The position numbers were made by a program, and so were the translations under genes. From the NCBI RefSeq assembly GCF_026571515.1, contig NW_026852039.1:124001-188000 (forward strand): a stretch of DNA of 64,000 nt. The letters run 5' to 3'. This document shows, in pieces, positions 1 to 13,120 of the stretch. The stretch comes from Ruditapes philippinarum (Eukaryota). The notes beneath the pieces were generated by a model. That model was given only the letters and a program-made list of their open reading frames with translations. It was not told the origin of the DNA and ran no database searches. Positions within the stretch are counted from its first letter, which is position 1. Every line of letters begins with the position of its first letter.

Positions 1-120
1 ATTTACGGTAGAGATATATTTCATTAAATCATGGAGAAAAATGTGCTATTTTATAACTATTGACTGTTGATTTATATCACATTTAGCCAGTCAAACGGGT
101 AAGCAACGTGTGAACCATAC

Positions 121-1628
121 CTTAACATCTAGGGGCTGTAATATGTGCGTGGTGTGCGCAGGTAGTCCTATAAGAATGATGTTATTTTCAATGGCCTTTT
201 CTACCAGTGGCAATGTAATGTGGCTGTCATGATTATCCATGATGAGACACACCGGACGTTCCTTGCCACAGTTAGGTATGAAGCACTTGACGAACCATTC
301 AAAAAAAATCTCCCCATCCATGTATTCCGACTCTGAGGTTGCATAAAACCATGAAGATGGAGGACCGTCTTTGTAGTTTGAATGCGGTAAACATTTCTGC
401 AAACAGATATTGTTTGGTAAATACATAATAGATATACACTAATAAAACCATAAATGGCATATTTAAAATGTTCATTTTAAAATAAATAAATAAATAGATA
501 AATAATAACTTGCCTGATATATTATCATAGACGGCATAAACCTCCCATCAGCACAAATACAGAGATGAGCTGTAACATGGCTGTTGACGGCTGCTTTTCT
601 TTTCAACAGATGCCCACCTTTCCTCCCTGTGACTTTAGTTTTCGCTGACTCTTTCCCAGTCCAACCAGTTTCATCGCAGTTGTAAATCTAAATGTGAGGA
701 GATAGCTTATAAATTCAAATATTTTTTTAGAGTCAATGGTCAAAATAACATTTAATTCAAGTACAATGTTCCTAATGAAAGACGAATGAATGTTCATGAA
801 ATATTTAATTGAAAGGTTTAAAGTTAAACTTACCCGGTCTGGCTTGTCTTTTATCCCGTATTTTTGTAGGACACCATCTAAAAAGATGAACCACTCGTCC
901 ACACAAGCCTGGTTTGACATCCTGGTCCTACTAAGCTCCATATTTTCGGGAGTCCTCTCTGACAATTCTGGGTTCCGTTTGAAAAAATTCCTGAACCATT
1001 GGTTACTCGGACCAACTTTCAAATTAATCCGTGTGTTACGACCTAAATATCAAAACAGATTAAACACATGTACTTTAATTGCACGTAATAATAATATTAA
1101 AATATCGAATAATTATCGTATTAAACGTGCTTAATGCAAATATATATATATAAAAATTCTCACATTGTGAAGCCGTATAATAAGTTGCAATATCTCTAGG
1201 TACATAACATAGTTAAAATAGTTCTTTTGCAATGTTGGCTGTCATGTAATTGTGACCATTGACTAAATGAAATAATTTTTTGATGTTGTTGTTGTTGTTG
1301 TTAAAACAGACATCTGGAAAACAATTTATTACAATAATCTTACCTGATCTTCGAAGAATTTCCCTTGCATAAATTCTTATCATGGCTCTTGTTAAAGGAA
1401 ATCCATGGTCTGACATATACTTCAGAAAAGAAACAAGAGACTTCTCCTCGGCTCCAAGTAACTCTAGTCTTCGTCCACTTTGATTACTCTTTACCCTCTT
1501 TTTAATATGGTCGAAAAGTGTAGCTCTTGGTACACAAAACTCTTTTGCAGCCCGATTTAGCTTCATTCTGTTTTGCTTGATGGCAGAAATAGCTTTCTCA
1601 AATCACTGTCCGAGTATGTTTTACCCAT
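121..1628 (-). pseudogene. Intron-containing pogo/Tigger-family DDE transposase (HTH_psq + CENP-B-type HTH + DDE_1), frameshifted near its start; continues past the window start
   Basis: Exons 1628-1344 (MGKTYSDSD/EKAISAIKQNRMKLNRAAKEFCVPRATLFDHIK...), 1042-834 (GPSNQWFRNFFKRNPELSERTPE), 687-514 (IYNCDETG...VTAHLCICADG) and 396-121 (LIMDNHDSH...LPAHTTHILQPLDV). Splice phases are consistent; the donor at 513 is GC (CAG|GCAAGT). The ATG at 1628 is 62 nt from the in-frame ATG at 1566, implying a 1-nt deletion near 1600. Confidence 0.88.
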
Positions 1629-2354
1629 TTTGATTCTGACAAACAAACAACATTTGTAACGTTTTATTATACTATATAATCATTATTTTATAAAAACAAA
1701 GAGAAAATAAAATGCACTCTTTATTTTATGATAGATTAAAAATCTGTCTCGGACTAGACATGTAGGCTATAAGAAAATCACAATATAGATTTTATTCCCT
1801 TATTATATTTGTAATAATATACAAGTATCATTATTACTTTAAAGCTTGTTGTAACAATTGAGTTATAATTAACGTCCTTGTATTAAATAAACAAACGCTT
1901 TTTTCCCTTAGTTTGTTAAAAAAATGTTGAAACACATTGGGCCACTTTAAATCATAGAGCTGATTAGAGACTGAACATAGTGTAAAGTTGCCTGAGACAC
2001 TATTGAAATTTCAAGGGACATATATCTACATTCAACAAGGACTGTTACTTTTATACAATCTTATATAAAAAAAACTCTGATACACAATTTATTTTCATTT
2101 ATAAACATACGACACATAGATTCAAATATATTTTGCGTAATTTTACAGAGTGAAGAAGAAATTAATTTAGTGGTATGTAACCTACACAATCATTATTGTG
2201 TAGGTTAAATACCACTATATTTATTTATATATAAAAAACCATTAAACATTTCAATCAAATGCACTAAAATATGACATTTGTGACTAAATGTCCAAACAGT
2301 CTTTTTTCTGAGTTATTAAGACAAAAGTGAGTCTGAATTTCATCTACAAATTGC

Positions 2355-2450
2355 ATCTGGTAACGTCATCTGCTTTACCGATAGTCGGCCAATAAATAAA
2401 AGTAGCTCTGTACGGGCCTCAAAACGAGCATCTACTGCGCATGCGCACAT
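2355..2450 (-). promoter_or_regulatory. Candidate promoter of the pogo transposase: perfect NRF1-type palindrome TGCGCATGCGCA (2436-2447), with CCAAT and a CRE-like half-site nearby
   Basis: The motifs sit in a CpG-containing patch ~800 bp upstream of the transposase ATG. A strong splice acceptor (TTGTTTGTCAG|) at 1637-1636 lies 7 nt before the ATG, implying a non-coding first exon. Confidence 0.4.
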
Positions 2451-2717
2451 GAATCGGATTTCCCGTACTTTTTATAGGCATGTTTTGTAAACAAAAAGGT
2501 GAAAGTCTGTGTTATTTTTTAAATATCTTACCAAACTTGACAAAATTTCCAGATGTTGTTGAATTCCAGCGTTCGTACGAGATGGTAAGCTTGATTAGCA
2601 TAAAAAAACCGATAACTCGATTAAATTATAAAAGGCCGAGTTTATCAACCAGCCGAAGTTATCTCCCCAACCAGTATGTAAACATTTTAGTTACAGCAAT
2701 TTTGACATTATTGTTAC

Positions 2718-5700
2718 CTCTAGCTGAAACAGGGTTGTTTTCATTCCTTCTGGTACACTCTTTTCCCATGTAGACAGAAACTGGTTCAAATTAAACTGGA
2801 AAATGAGAAAAATAATTCACCATTTTACTTTAATTGATAAGGAAATACATGCACATCTATTTTAATATATATATATAAATCACCTTACGTCGAAGGGATC
2901 ATAGAACGGTTAAATAGTTCATTTAAAACTAAAAGTTTTATTGAATTACAACACTCATGTCTTATTTGTGATAAATCAGAGGCAAAAATCAACAATAAAA
3001 CATGAAATAGTAGCATTCATTTGTAAGTAATTATAGTGGACCTTTGTGCACTTGACAATAACTTATTTGTGGGAAAAAACCCATGGATCCTACGTCCTAA
3101 TATATAAACTGCAAACAAATATGCCAGTTCTTTTTTAGCATGAAGGTTAAAAGCATTACAAGTTTTAAAAGTTTGATGATTATTATCTTAATTTTGTTTG
3201 TTTATTTTTTTGTTATAAAGTTTTACCTTTCTGGCATGTTTAAGAATCTGTTCAGCAAAGAATCTACAAACTTTATCCTCATCCAATCTGTAATAATCTA
3301 TATCTGAAAAATAATACAAATGTATTTATGTCCGTAGCCTCAAGTAACCATGCTCTAACTTACTTAAACTGAACAGAAAGTTTGGATTGTCAGTTAACTA
3401 CTGTATAGGGGCATTATTAATACCAGATTTTTGTACTCCATAAAGTGATATATATACCAAATATCTAAACTCTGGGCATAGTAGTTTCACACAGTCTTAG
3501 ATGTCTTTTTTCCTATATAAATATCAAGTGACCACTGGTGCTGGGCCAATTCTGTTCTTAGGAAACCAAAACCAGCACATTGTCTCATTATAATCATTAT
3601 TTCAACCAAAAAGTTTTGAGTGGGAATAAAATTTTGAAACATATAGAAAATGACTGTGACCTTGACTTTGCCGAAATTTATTCGTAAACCCTACAAAATA
3701 AGCTGTACTGAATAATTGCCGATAATACCAATGTTATATTATGCAAAGAAACTAGATCAGAAATTAATCACATTTGCAACTAATGTTAAACATGTGCTAT
3801 TTCACCCAGTCTTTGATTACACAAGGACATCATTAACTCAGGAAAATGTCCTTTACTCATTATTGTTCATATTGCTGAAAACACTCCAGGACTCATTTCA
3901 TCCATTTCTATAATCAAACAGTGTCAACAAATTTAAATATTTATTTTACCAATTTGCATCTTTTCCTCATCATCATCTTCTGTTGTGTTTGATGATAGTT
4001 TGGTAGAAAAATTCTTTAAGACATGTTCTATCACATTCCTGAGAAAAAAAATAAATATCATGAAATTACATTTTACATACATCTACAGTATCTTTCAAAT
4101 GAAGCAGAATAAAACATGACATTTTCACAAAACCGGGTTTTCTAGTAATATTATGTTTGTTAAAAAAAGCATCAAGGGCCGTTATTCAGAAGAAAAATAA
4201 ACATGATCAAATCACAAAATAACAAATGCCATTACATTCAAAAAATTATTCTGTATGGTTAAAAGTTTGATTGAAATCCCTTCTGCATTATAGAAATTGC
4301 ACACAGATGAAACTGTTTAGGCCCACCCACATACATTAATCAGATTACATATGAAAATATATTCCTGCATTCTGAAAATATTTAAAAATAAAATCAGACC
4401 ATTCTTACATTCCAAGCATTTGTTGAAAAGTATGAACTAAAATACGCCTTTTAAAGATTTTGTAAAAGATATACATATATAACAAGCTCTTTAGGAGGGA
4501 TATATACATGTACAAAATAACTAGATAGAATAAATACAACAATAATTAAGACATGGATCAGGTACATGTAAGTAGACAGTTTAACCGTACCTAGGAAATA
4601 ATTCTTGTAAAACTGAGACACATTCTTCAATAGGAATACCAGTGTGTGTCCAATCATTCTCATCACACAGCTGTAACAAGTGGGTCATTACTTGTACCAG
4701 GAAGTCAAAATCTAACACTCTCCAATAACCTATAAAACATAATGCTTCAATGTAACGGTACTCTGTACAAAATATATACCATGCTGAATGCTTCCTTACC
4801 CTCAGAGGTCAGAAGTACAAGCAGGCACTTACCCCATAATATATTATCAACCTTCTGCAACCTAGACTGTGACTGTTATTTGTTTGTTTGGTTTTTATGG
4901 CGCATCAATACAATTTAGGTCATATAGTGCCGAAACCAGGAAAGAAAAATTTTGGCTAACATTCAGGTGTTACAAACTTTAAGCAACACCAGAGGTGAAA
5001 ACAACCTCACCTGCTGAAGCTATAAGATGCATAGACCCCATTAATTCTATTCTAACCTAGCTACATCTTATGATCACATAGAGATAAACGGCGACTGCAA
5101 TTCTGATACCTCAACCCTTAAAGGCAACCCCTCAGCCACAAGGGGTAGATGATGACTAACTTTCGTACCAAAACATTAGTACTTATCAAGAATTAAACTT
5201 AAATGATGATGACAAGTGGCTCAAGGTCACCAGCCTTACTTCTATCACCAAAGACAATTTTTTATTAATGTATTTATTTGCTTACGATAATATCAATCAT
5301 TGGCAATTTAGCACATTTTTTATGCAAGTCTTCAATTCTGTCTTTACTTCTTTGGTCAACATGTATTTCCCTAAATCTGATAAGATGTGAACATACCATT
5401 TATAACAAGGGCCTGCATCTTGTCAAGAGCTTTCATTATTTCTGTCTCACTACCTTGAACCAGATCCAGTATTTCATTGAACGTGTACTGAAAGATAAAT
5501 CAAATCACCCTTTGCAAAACTAAAATACTCACTTTTACATTTACAAACTGAGGCCAAGAAGTAAAAGCACACTTCTAGACTATTTCAATGGTAGTTAAAT
5601 GCTATTACATCTTCATTACTATGTAAATAGTCTTCTGTAAATTAAAACCAAATTGATATTAAGGTTTTCTTTTTAATATTATAAACATAGGAATCTATTA

Positions 5701-8700
5701 GAATTAAGTACTTACATGTACACCATGAAAGCTAAATAAAGATAAGTTTGATATGTGCATTACTTTGTAACACAGACCTTTTTACACATTGCAGTTAATT
5801 AATTTGAATAAATATTTGAATATAAAGTAAGAACAAGAACGTGTTTGTTAAACACAAATGCCCCCGGCTCAGATTCTTGTCAGTAGCAATATTTCAAAAA
5901 ATGTTTACCCATTCACTCAGTTATGGACAGCAAAATTGCCAAAAAATTGTAAACACAAGTTATATAGCTTGACAAACTCATATCATTTTGTAATTGTGAA
6001 AAATATAAGTTGCCAAGTCATTGCTCTGACTTGTGAAGTTGAATAAAAATATTCAACTTCATGCAAGTTATCTTCCTACCAAATATGAAACACATCTGTC
6101 ATTAAATAAAGGTTGTATGGGCAAAAGTGTGAATCTATTTTGAGCAATGGTAACCTTGACCAAACTGACCCCTAACTCTATCCAAAAGAAGAATACCATG
6201 TAAGTTATCTTCCTACCAAATATGATATACATCTGTCAATAAATAAAAGCTGTATGGGCAAAAGTGTAAAAATCTATTTCAGCACAAGTGACCTTGACCC
6301 ACTGATCCCTACCCCAATCAAAAGGATGAATACCATGCAAGTTATCTTCCTACCAAATATAAAATATATCTGTCACTTAATAAAGGCTGTATTAGCAAAT
6401 ATTTGTGTAAAAATCTATTTTTAGCACTGGTGACCTTGACCCAACTGACCACTAATTCCATCAAAGTTTATGTTTCTATCAATTATAAATAACATCTGTC
6501 TATAGAATAAGTCAATACACCTGTAAAAATGTAAAAATCTATTTTTAAAATTGGTGACCTTGACATTGGCAACATTGAACTTGACCCGAATGACCCCGTA
6601 CTACACCCAAGGAGGACCTCCCTTGGCATGTTTGTATTAAACTAAGTCATCAAGTAAAAAATAAAGGCTATATGAGCAAAAATGTTTATATTTATTTTTT
6701 AAACCAGTGACCTTGACCCTAGAGACCGCTTACTCCACAAAAAATTAGAGGACCATTAAAGGTATCCACCAACTAAATATGAAAGATATTATTAAAGAAA
6801 TTAAGCAATTAGGAGAAATTTAAGATATATCCAACTTGCCGAAATAGGTTAACCAGACAAGGCCCTATTTTCAAAGTGAAAAAAGGGAAATAACTGGGAA
6901 ATATGGACGACACAGTTATATAACTCGGCAATATCATGTACTTTGTATTGATAAGTAAGTGTGGAAATTTTTTTATAAAGTCATTAGTAAAGATAGAACT
7001 TAAGATATTTCCAACTTGCCGTTTTAGGTTAACCATTATTCATTTTCTAAGTGCTGAAAAGGGCAATAACTTGGTAAATATGAAAGCCAGAGTTATGAAA
7101 CTTGCCCAGATCATGTACTTTGTATTGATTAGTAAGTGTGTAAACTTAGAAGCCATTGGTACAGGTAGAACTTAAGAAAAATCCAACTTGCCGTTCTAGG
7201 TTAACCTCGTACGGACAGACGGACGGACGGTTCAATTACTATATGCCCGGGGGCATAAAAATAAATGCCTTTGGCTTGAAAATAAACATGAAGTGTTAAA
7301 GAATATAATTGTGTCCACACTGGGGACTTGAATTCAGGATAGCAACAGTTTTGCCACAAGGCCACTGTCTTCATGTTCAGTTACCTTTTTGCCCTGATGA
7401 TCTTCATCTTCTTCACTAGCCTGCCCACTATATGGGTTCTCATTTAACATTGTGCGTAACTTTGCTAACCGTGGTTTACATGGCCGCAGCTCAAAGAATG
7501 TGTGGATTACAGTATTTACCTGTAATAAAACAAAGTTCAAAACACATCATACTTAATTAAATGCATATTAATTTTTTAAATGGTATAATATTTCTAGCTA
7601 CACTGTAAAATCTTTGCATAATTTCATTGTTGCTAAGGTAAACAAAACAAGAGCTATCCCAGTACAATGAAACTGACAAAATGGCCATACAGGATTGAAT
7701 TTATAAACGAAAATAATCCGTAAGAAATGTGAATATGTTTTAAGTCTTCAAGAGCTATGATTCTAACACAATGCCATCCAGATTTATCAGACTTATATCT
7801 GTCTGTAGGTCTGCCAGTGGAAATGCTGTGATACGTATAGGATATCGACCGAGTGCGAGGTCTTTCTGTTAAGGAAAGTCCCGGTCACGAATTTCATGTG
7901 ACACCGAGAGTGCGTAGCGCTCTAGGGGTGTCATGGAATTCGTGACCAGGTCTTTCCTAAACAGAAAGATCGATGTACGAGGCCGATATCCAACTTACAC
8001 ACCGTCAAACTATTGGCTTGAGCAATGGCTGATCTGAAACATTTGATGTAAATGCACAAAGATTACTTTTTAACACAGCCCGTTTACAGGTAAGGTTTTA
8101 TCAACGTTCTGCTTAAATATAACATAAATCTTGCATTTAACTCTGCTTTTCCCTTTAAAATAATCATCAAAAAGGTAAATGAGCAATTTGTCAATAATAA
8201 AGCGAATGGGTCTGAAATGGAAGGTATGTAAAAGAATGAATAATTATGTTGATAGTATTTCGTATAAGACATTGCAAGTTCTAGGACATTTGCCCCCTCC
8301 CCCGAACAGTTGTCCTCTCGGACGCATGCCCCCTTTATGCTGTGGCGAATTGTTACTCACAAATTTGCGCAGTTTTTTTCTGTTTATTTAAGCACGATTA
8401 GAATTTCGACAAAAGGCGATAAATTTTTGTAATAAACAATTCAAATTTTTTTTTTTTAACATTTTTAAAACATGGGGGGAGCAAATGTCCAACCCTTCCA
8501 AAGATATAAGGGGCAATGTCCGCTACTGCAAAAAGGGAGAAAACTTCCGAGGGAACAACTGTCTGAGGGGCAAATATCCGGATACCCAGCAGACCAGGAA
8601 TACTTACATATGTATATTGTTGGCAAGTGTGAGATACATGATCCGATTATAAAATGTTATAGAATAAAATATGATCGCTCATCATATAAATTTTTATACT

Positions 8701-10404
8701 TAATCACTTACAACTTTGCATTAACATTTCTTTTTCAAGATTTCTTTTAATAATATCTGAATCGTTTCTATCGCTATTTTAATAACTAATGGGAGATCTG
8801 CCCAATGTAGACTAATCCACTTTAAGTTCTTGTATATGCATTTCACTATAAGCACATTTTGGATTATATCATTAACGTTGTAGTGTAGCATTCCTTGAAA
8901 CTAAGCCCTGGATTCGAAGGTTTTCAGGGGAACATTATCTTGTATCCAGATTTTGTAAGACAGGAATATTATGACAATCATTTACATTTTATTTTCATTT
9001 GCATATCATGTTTTCTTTGTTTTCGCATAAGCAGGTCTACTTTTTCATGTGTTTTTCATGACCGGGTCTGTCGGACTAGAACAGACCTGTGCACGTGCAA
9101 AAGATAAACCTCATAACGGACTTTCTTTTGTTTAAACAGGTCTATCCAAAAAATATAGACCTGTCACACACAATAATGGAGGTGTGTAAGTTTGAATAAA
9201 ATCCACTGGTTATTATTGTCCTCATACTAAGTTATAGTACTTGCATGGAACATCAACTAAAACCAAACAACCATGATGCTAGGACAAGATAAACCCTCTT
9301 TATTCTTCATTGGATAAAGTACCTTCCATTGAAGTAATGCAAGTTATACTACCACCCTAAGTCATTACTAAACCCATGGGCTCAAATTATTTTAAAAGTA
9401 ATGTTGAAACAAAATTCAAGGGTCTTTGCCTTACACAACAGAGACTTTAAAAGTCCTCTTTTCAATAGTGATTTTGTTTAATAATTAATTAATATACTCT
9501 CCTGTAATCCAAACATACACCATCTTTTAATTTTTACATTCTGAAATCAGCAATAATTTATCCCCAAATGAAAAGGTTAAATCTTGCCAATTAAGAAAGA
9601 AAAACCCATGAAATTTATGTTAATTATCATTTAATTAAGTTTTTAACATAAATATACCTCTCTGTACTCCACCTGTGCATCACCAGTGCTCTCTAGGCTG
9701 TTACCATAATTTAAATCAGTTAATAAAAGCATTGCATTGGACACTTCTCCCTCTTTGATATCATATGTTTGTGTGTTTGTACACAGTACAGCACTATCTT
9801 CCTTGTCTCCACGTATTACCACCCTAGACAAAAACACAATAACTTTCAGTATTTGTTATTCTCAATTAATTTCAAATGATAACGATTTATGAAGTCAATA
9901 CCGCACATTTGTATTGTTGATTTTCATCATATAATCATGATATCAACATGTATTTACATGATGAAGTTATCTCCTCAAATAAGGGCATTGTGCTGTATTA
10001 TAAATTTATTATTAAGAACTTAAACAGGTTATATGGCTGCGTATAATGGTTGTTTGCAATATATCCTTCATCCAGCAGCTGCGGTCACATAAGCCTACAA
10101 ATGTACAACCATTTATTCTGGGTCATATAACATGTCAAATTTCTTTAAAGCTAATAAGTTGATAAGCTGGTAATACATTTCACAAGTAATTTTTTAATAA
10201 ATGTAGTCAAAGCAATAAAATACATAAACAAATATATACTTTTCTCCATTTTCAAACGCCTGTAATACAGTTTTGTCTAACTCTATCAACTTAACACCCT
10301 CATTGTCTAGCTGCTTGGAAAAGTAAATGCTCTGTGTTTTTGGTTTTATTTCCTCTCGTGGTAATTTTGCGAAATCTAAAACAGCATCAATCTCTTTCAG
10401 ATTC
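2718..10404 (-). CDS. DSCC1: Sister chromatid cohesion protein DCC1 (Ctf18-RFC subunit), partial
   Basis: Exons 10404-10240, 9823-9658 (VVIRGDKEDSAVLCT...TYDIK), 7519-7385 (FELRPCKPRLAKL), 5487-5397, 4729-4591 (GYWRVLDFDF), 4038-3950, 3303-3227 (LDEDKVCRFFA) and 2795-2718 (FNLNQFLSTWEKSVPEGM). All introns are GT-AG with matching phases, and the motifs follow animal DSCC1 in order. The first coding exon was not identified; the C-terminal exons must lie before position 1. Confidence 0.93.
5832..7261 (+). mobile_element. Non-autonomous Helentron-associated (HINE/pearl-like) element with an internal ~120-bp tandem array
   Basis: Starts AACAAG and has degenerate tandem units (GTGACCTTGACC...GTTATCTTCCTACCAAATATG) at 6060-6780. 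A (GACG)n microsatellite at ~7212-7230 precedes the terminal hairpin ATGCCCGGGGGCAT and an A-run. Confidence 0.7.
7835..9195. mobile_element. Non-coding long-hairpin element (possibly Crypton- or Helentron-related)
   Basis: Imperfect palindrome at 7840-7991 with a GCGTAGC apex. AACTTACACACC (7992-8003) reappears inverted as GGTGTGTAAGTT (9181-9192). Confidence 0.6.
8275..8587. mobile_element. Small foldback-type MITE nested in the hairpin element
   Basis: GGACATTTGCCCC-type motifs on the left are mirrored by GGGGCAAATATCCGGATACC-type motifs on the right; the patch is GC-rich in an AT-rich context. Confidence 0.5.
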
Positions 10405-11818
10405 CTGGAAGAAACAATACATGTTTTGTAAATTTGTGTGTCAATTAGTTATTATTGATACACTGTTTGGTCATCCATTTCATTTTTAAACCAGACAAGC
10501 AATTGGAAATAGCCAGCTGACGCTGTATCCAATCAGGTGCATATATAGCTAAAGAGACTTCAGCAAACAGGTTTTATAGTACTGCTAGACCTGTTCGCTG
10601 AAGCAAATCCCGTATCGAAAGTCAACCAGAATCGTGACATATTTATGTCATGCTGTAATTCAATAAATTTGCGTGATCTGGACAAAAGCTATTTTAACAC
10701 AGGTAGTTAAATATATTTGGGACACTTCAGTCTATATTTTTGAACAAAGAACGTTAGATTGTTGAAATAATGCCTCAAAGTTTATCAGTGGGTTCACATT
10801 TCATATTATTCGCCGCTATTGCTGCCCTAATTATCACATGACTAGTGAGAATTTAGGTTCGGATATCTTTGCAAGACATTTGGTGACACGTGACCAAAAT
10901 GCTTTTTTTAATTGAAAACATGGCTTAAACAATTATGAATAACGGTGTATTTATTCAATAACAGACGTTGTACCAAAAACATGTTGGATTTATATTGTTT
11001 TGAGTGATGATTCATGAATTATTTGTTTGTTTTTATTTAAAATCGTACACTTACTAAAAATAGTGTATAGTCCGTTACTAAAAAAAGATCCCACGAGATT
11101 TCATTTGAAAGCAGACTCCATATTGGTAAACATTCTTTACATATTTTCCTAACAAATAGTTGGGTACACAATGTCATTGAAGTTTTATTTAAAAACAAAA
11201 CATGAATTGATTCAAAATGCATATTTTTATCTGACCCAAATTTGATTAATAAGGGTGATTTTAATAGGTTTTATGTACGGCACACAAACTGCAAAAATTC
11301 TGGTAGACTTTGCAAATAGGGTTGATCCATAACTTTACTGTCGCAACGTCAAAATAAAAGAAACATATAAAGTTATGGAAGCCAGAACTAGTGCATATAC
11401 TGCAATCATTTTGTCTTACTGATCAAGGTAGCAATCAATGTAAATATAAACCTACAAGCAAACTGGGGTAAGATTTTATCAATCCTTTCTTAAATGGTCT
11501 CAATATGGGGGTGATTGGAAAAGGGAGGGGGTACGGCAACTTAGCAAGGTGGGTTGGGACGGAAAAGAGTCAACTCGGCCCTATAGTGGCTATACCAACT
11601 CGGCACGGGTCAACTCGGCACGGGTCAACTCGGCCCACTTTACAAAAATATATATAACGTATTAACTTTGCTTTGCATGTTGTTAAGGTAAATGAATAAT
11701 AAGAAATATCTTATCATTATATAATTATACATTGTACTTCTGCCGAAATAAAGTATATTTAGAAAAAAAAAGTTATTTATTTGTCTTGCAGATTCGATAA
11801 AATTTATATAGATCTAAT

Positions 11819-12748
11819 AACAAGAGCGATCAGTAATCACATGTGTCGCCTCATGATGGCCAATTTCATGTTGGGACAAATTTTGTGACAGACGGACAGT
11901 GCACAACTAGACTAACCACTTTGTACTGATCATTCCTGTAAAGTTTGGATAAAATTGCACCAGTAGTTTATGAGGAGTAGTCCGGACAAGCTTTTGCGTA
12001 TCTGGCAACACACAGAAAAAAACACCTTTTTATCAAAGGGCCATAACTCGGCCAAAAATCATTCAACCGGAAAACCCGTGCAATATGCGCAAGGACTTGA
12101 GCTACAGATCAATCCTGTAAAGTTTCATTGAAATTGCATAAGTGGTATAAGAGAAGTAGTCTGGACAAACTTTAAAAAAAAAATAATTAAAGGGCCATAA
12201 CTCAAACAAAAATCATTGAACTGGAAAATGCTGACAATATGCACAACTAGACTTGGTACTGATCATTCCTGTAAAGTTTGGATACTACTTGCACCAGTAG
12301 TTTATGAGGAGTAGTCTGGTATCTGGCAACACACAGAAAAAAAACCTTTTTTATCAAAGGGCCATAACTCGGCCAAAAATCATTCAACCGGAAAACCCGT
12401 GTAATATGCGCAAGGATTTGAGCTACAGATCAATCCTGTAAAGTTTCATTGAAATTTTATAAGTGGTATAAGAGAAGTAGTCCGGACAAACTTTAAAATT
12501 AAAAATTATTAAAGGGCCATAACTCTTACAAAAATCATTGAACCCGAAAATACTGACAATATGCACAACTAGACTTGGTACTGATCATTCCTGTAAAGTT
12601 TGGATGAAATTGCACCAGTAGTTTATGAGGAGTAGTCCGGACAAGTTTTGTGACGGACGGACGGACAGACGGACGGACAGACAGACAGACGGACGACGGA
12701 GAAGTGATCCCTATATGTCGCCACTACTCCGTAGAGGCGACACAAAAA
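11819..12748 (+). mobile_element. HINE/pearl-like element with a dimeric (~320-340 bp) satellite core
   Basis: AACAAGAG start. GCACAACTAGAC...CCTGTAAAGTTT units at ~11900, 12240 and 12560 alternate with a variant monomer. (GACG/GACA)n at 12652-12700, then the hairpin GTCGCC-ACTACTCCGTAGA-GGCGAC and an A-run. Confidence 0.8.
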
Positions 12749-13120
12749 TGTGTTTCCTTAGATGCATTTTGTTTGTAAAGTAATATTCAAAAAAATATGA
12801 AACAAAAACGTGTTTACTTAATGTTATAAGCTTCTATATAAGCACTGTTTGCACTTTGTTATATTTATGAACTCTCTCTCTCTCTGTCTCCACCAATTGA
12901 CAGTCTCTTTATGAACTACGTAAATAGCCGAGGTAAATCGAGTGAAAAAAAAGAGTTGTTTCCCTTCGCTTGCAAAAGAATGCAAATTTAGCTGTGTTTA
13001 AATCGCTAGTGCAATTTAATGTCCGATTTTAAAATTTATTACACCAATTAAAAGCTGGTGATCTAAGCTTCCTCTCCGTATATATTTCAACACATTGTTT
13101 GACACTGAAGGTATTTATAA

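Noticed and set aside
1620-2718. In-frame fusion of DSCC1 to the full-length transposase through the acceptor at 1636
   Set aside because: Phase-0 joining reads AAT CAA AAT GGG TAA, a stop after four codons.
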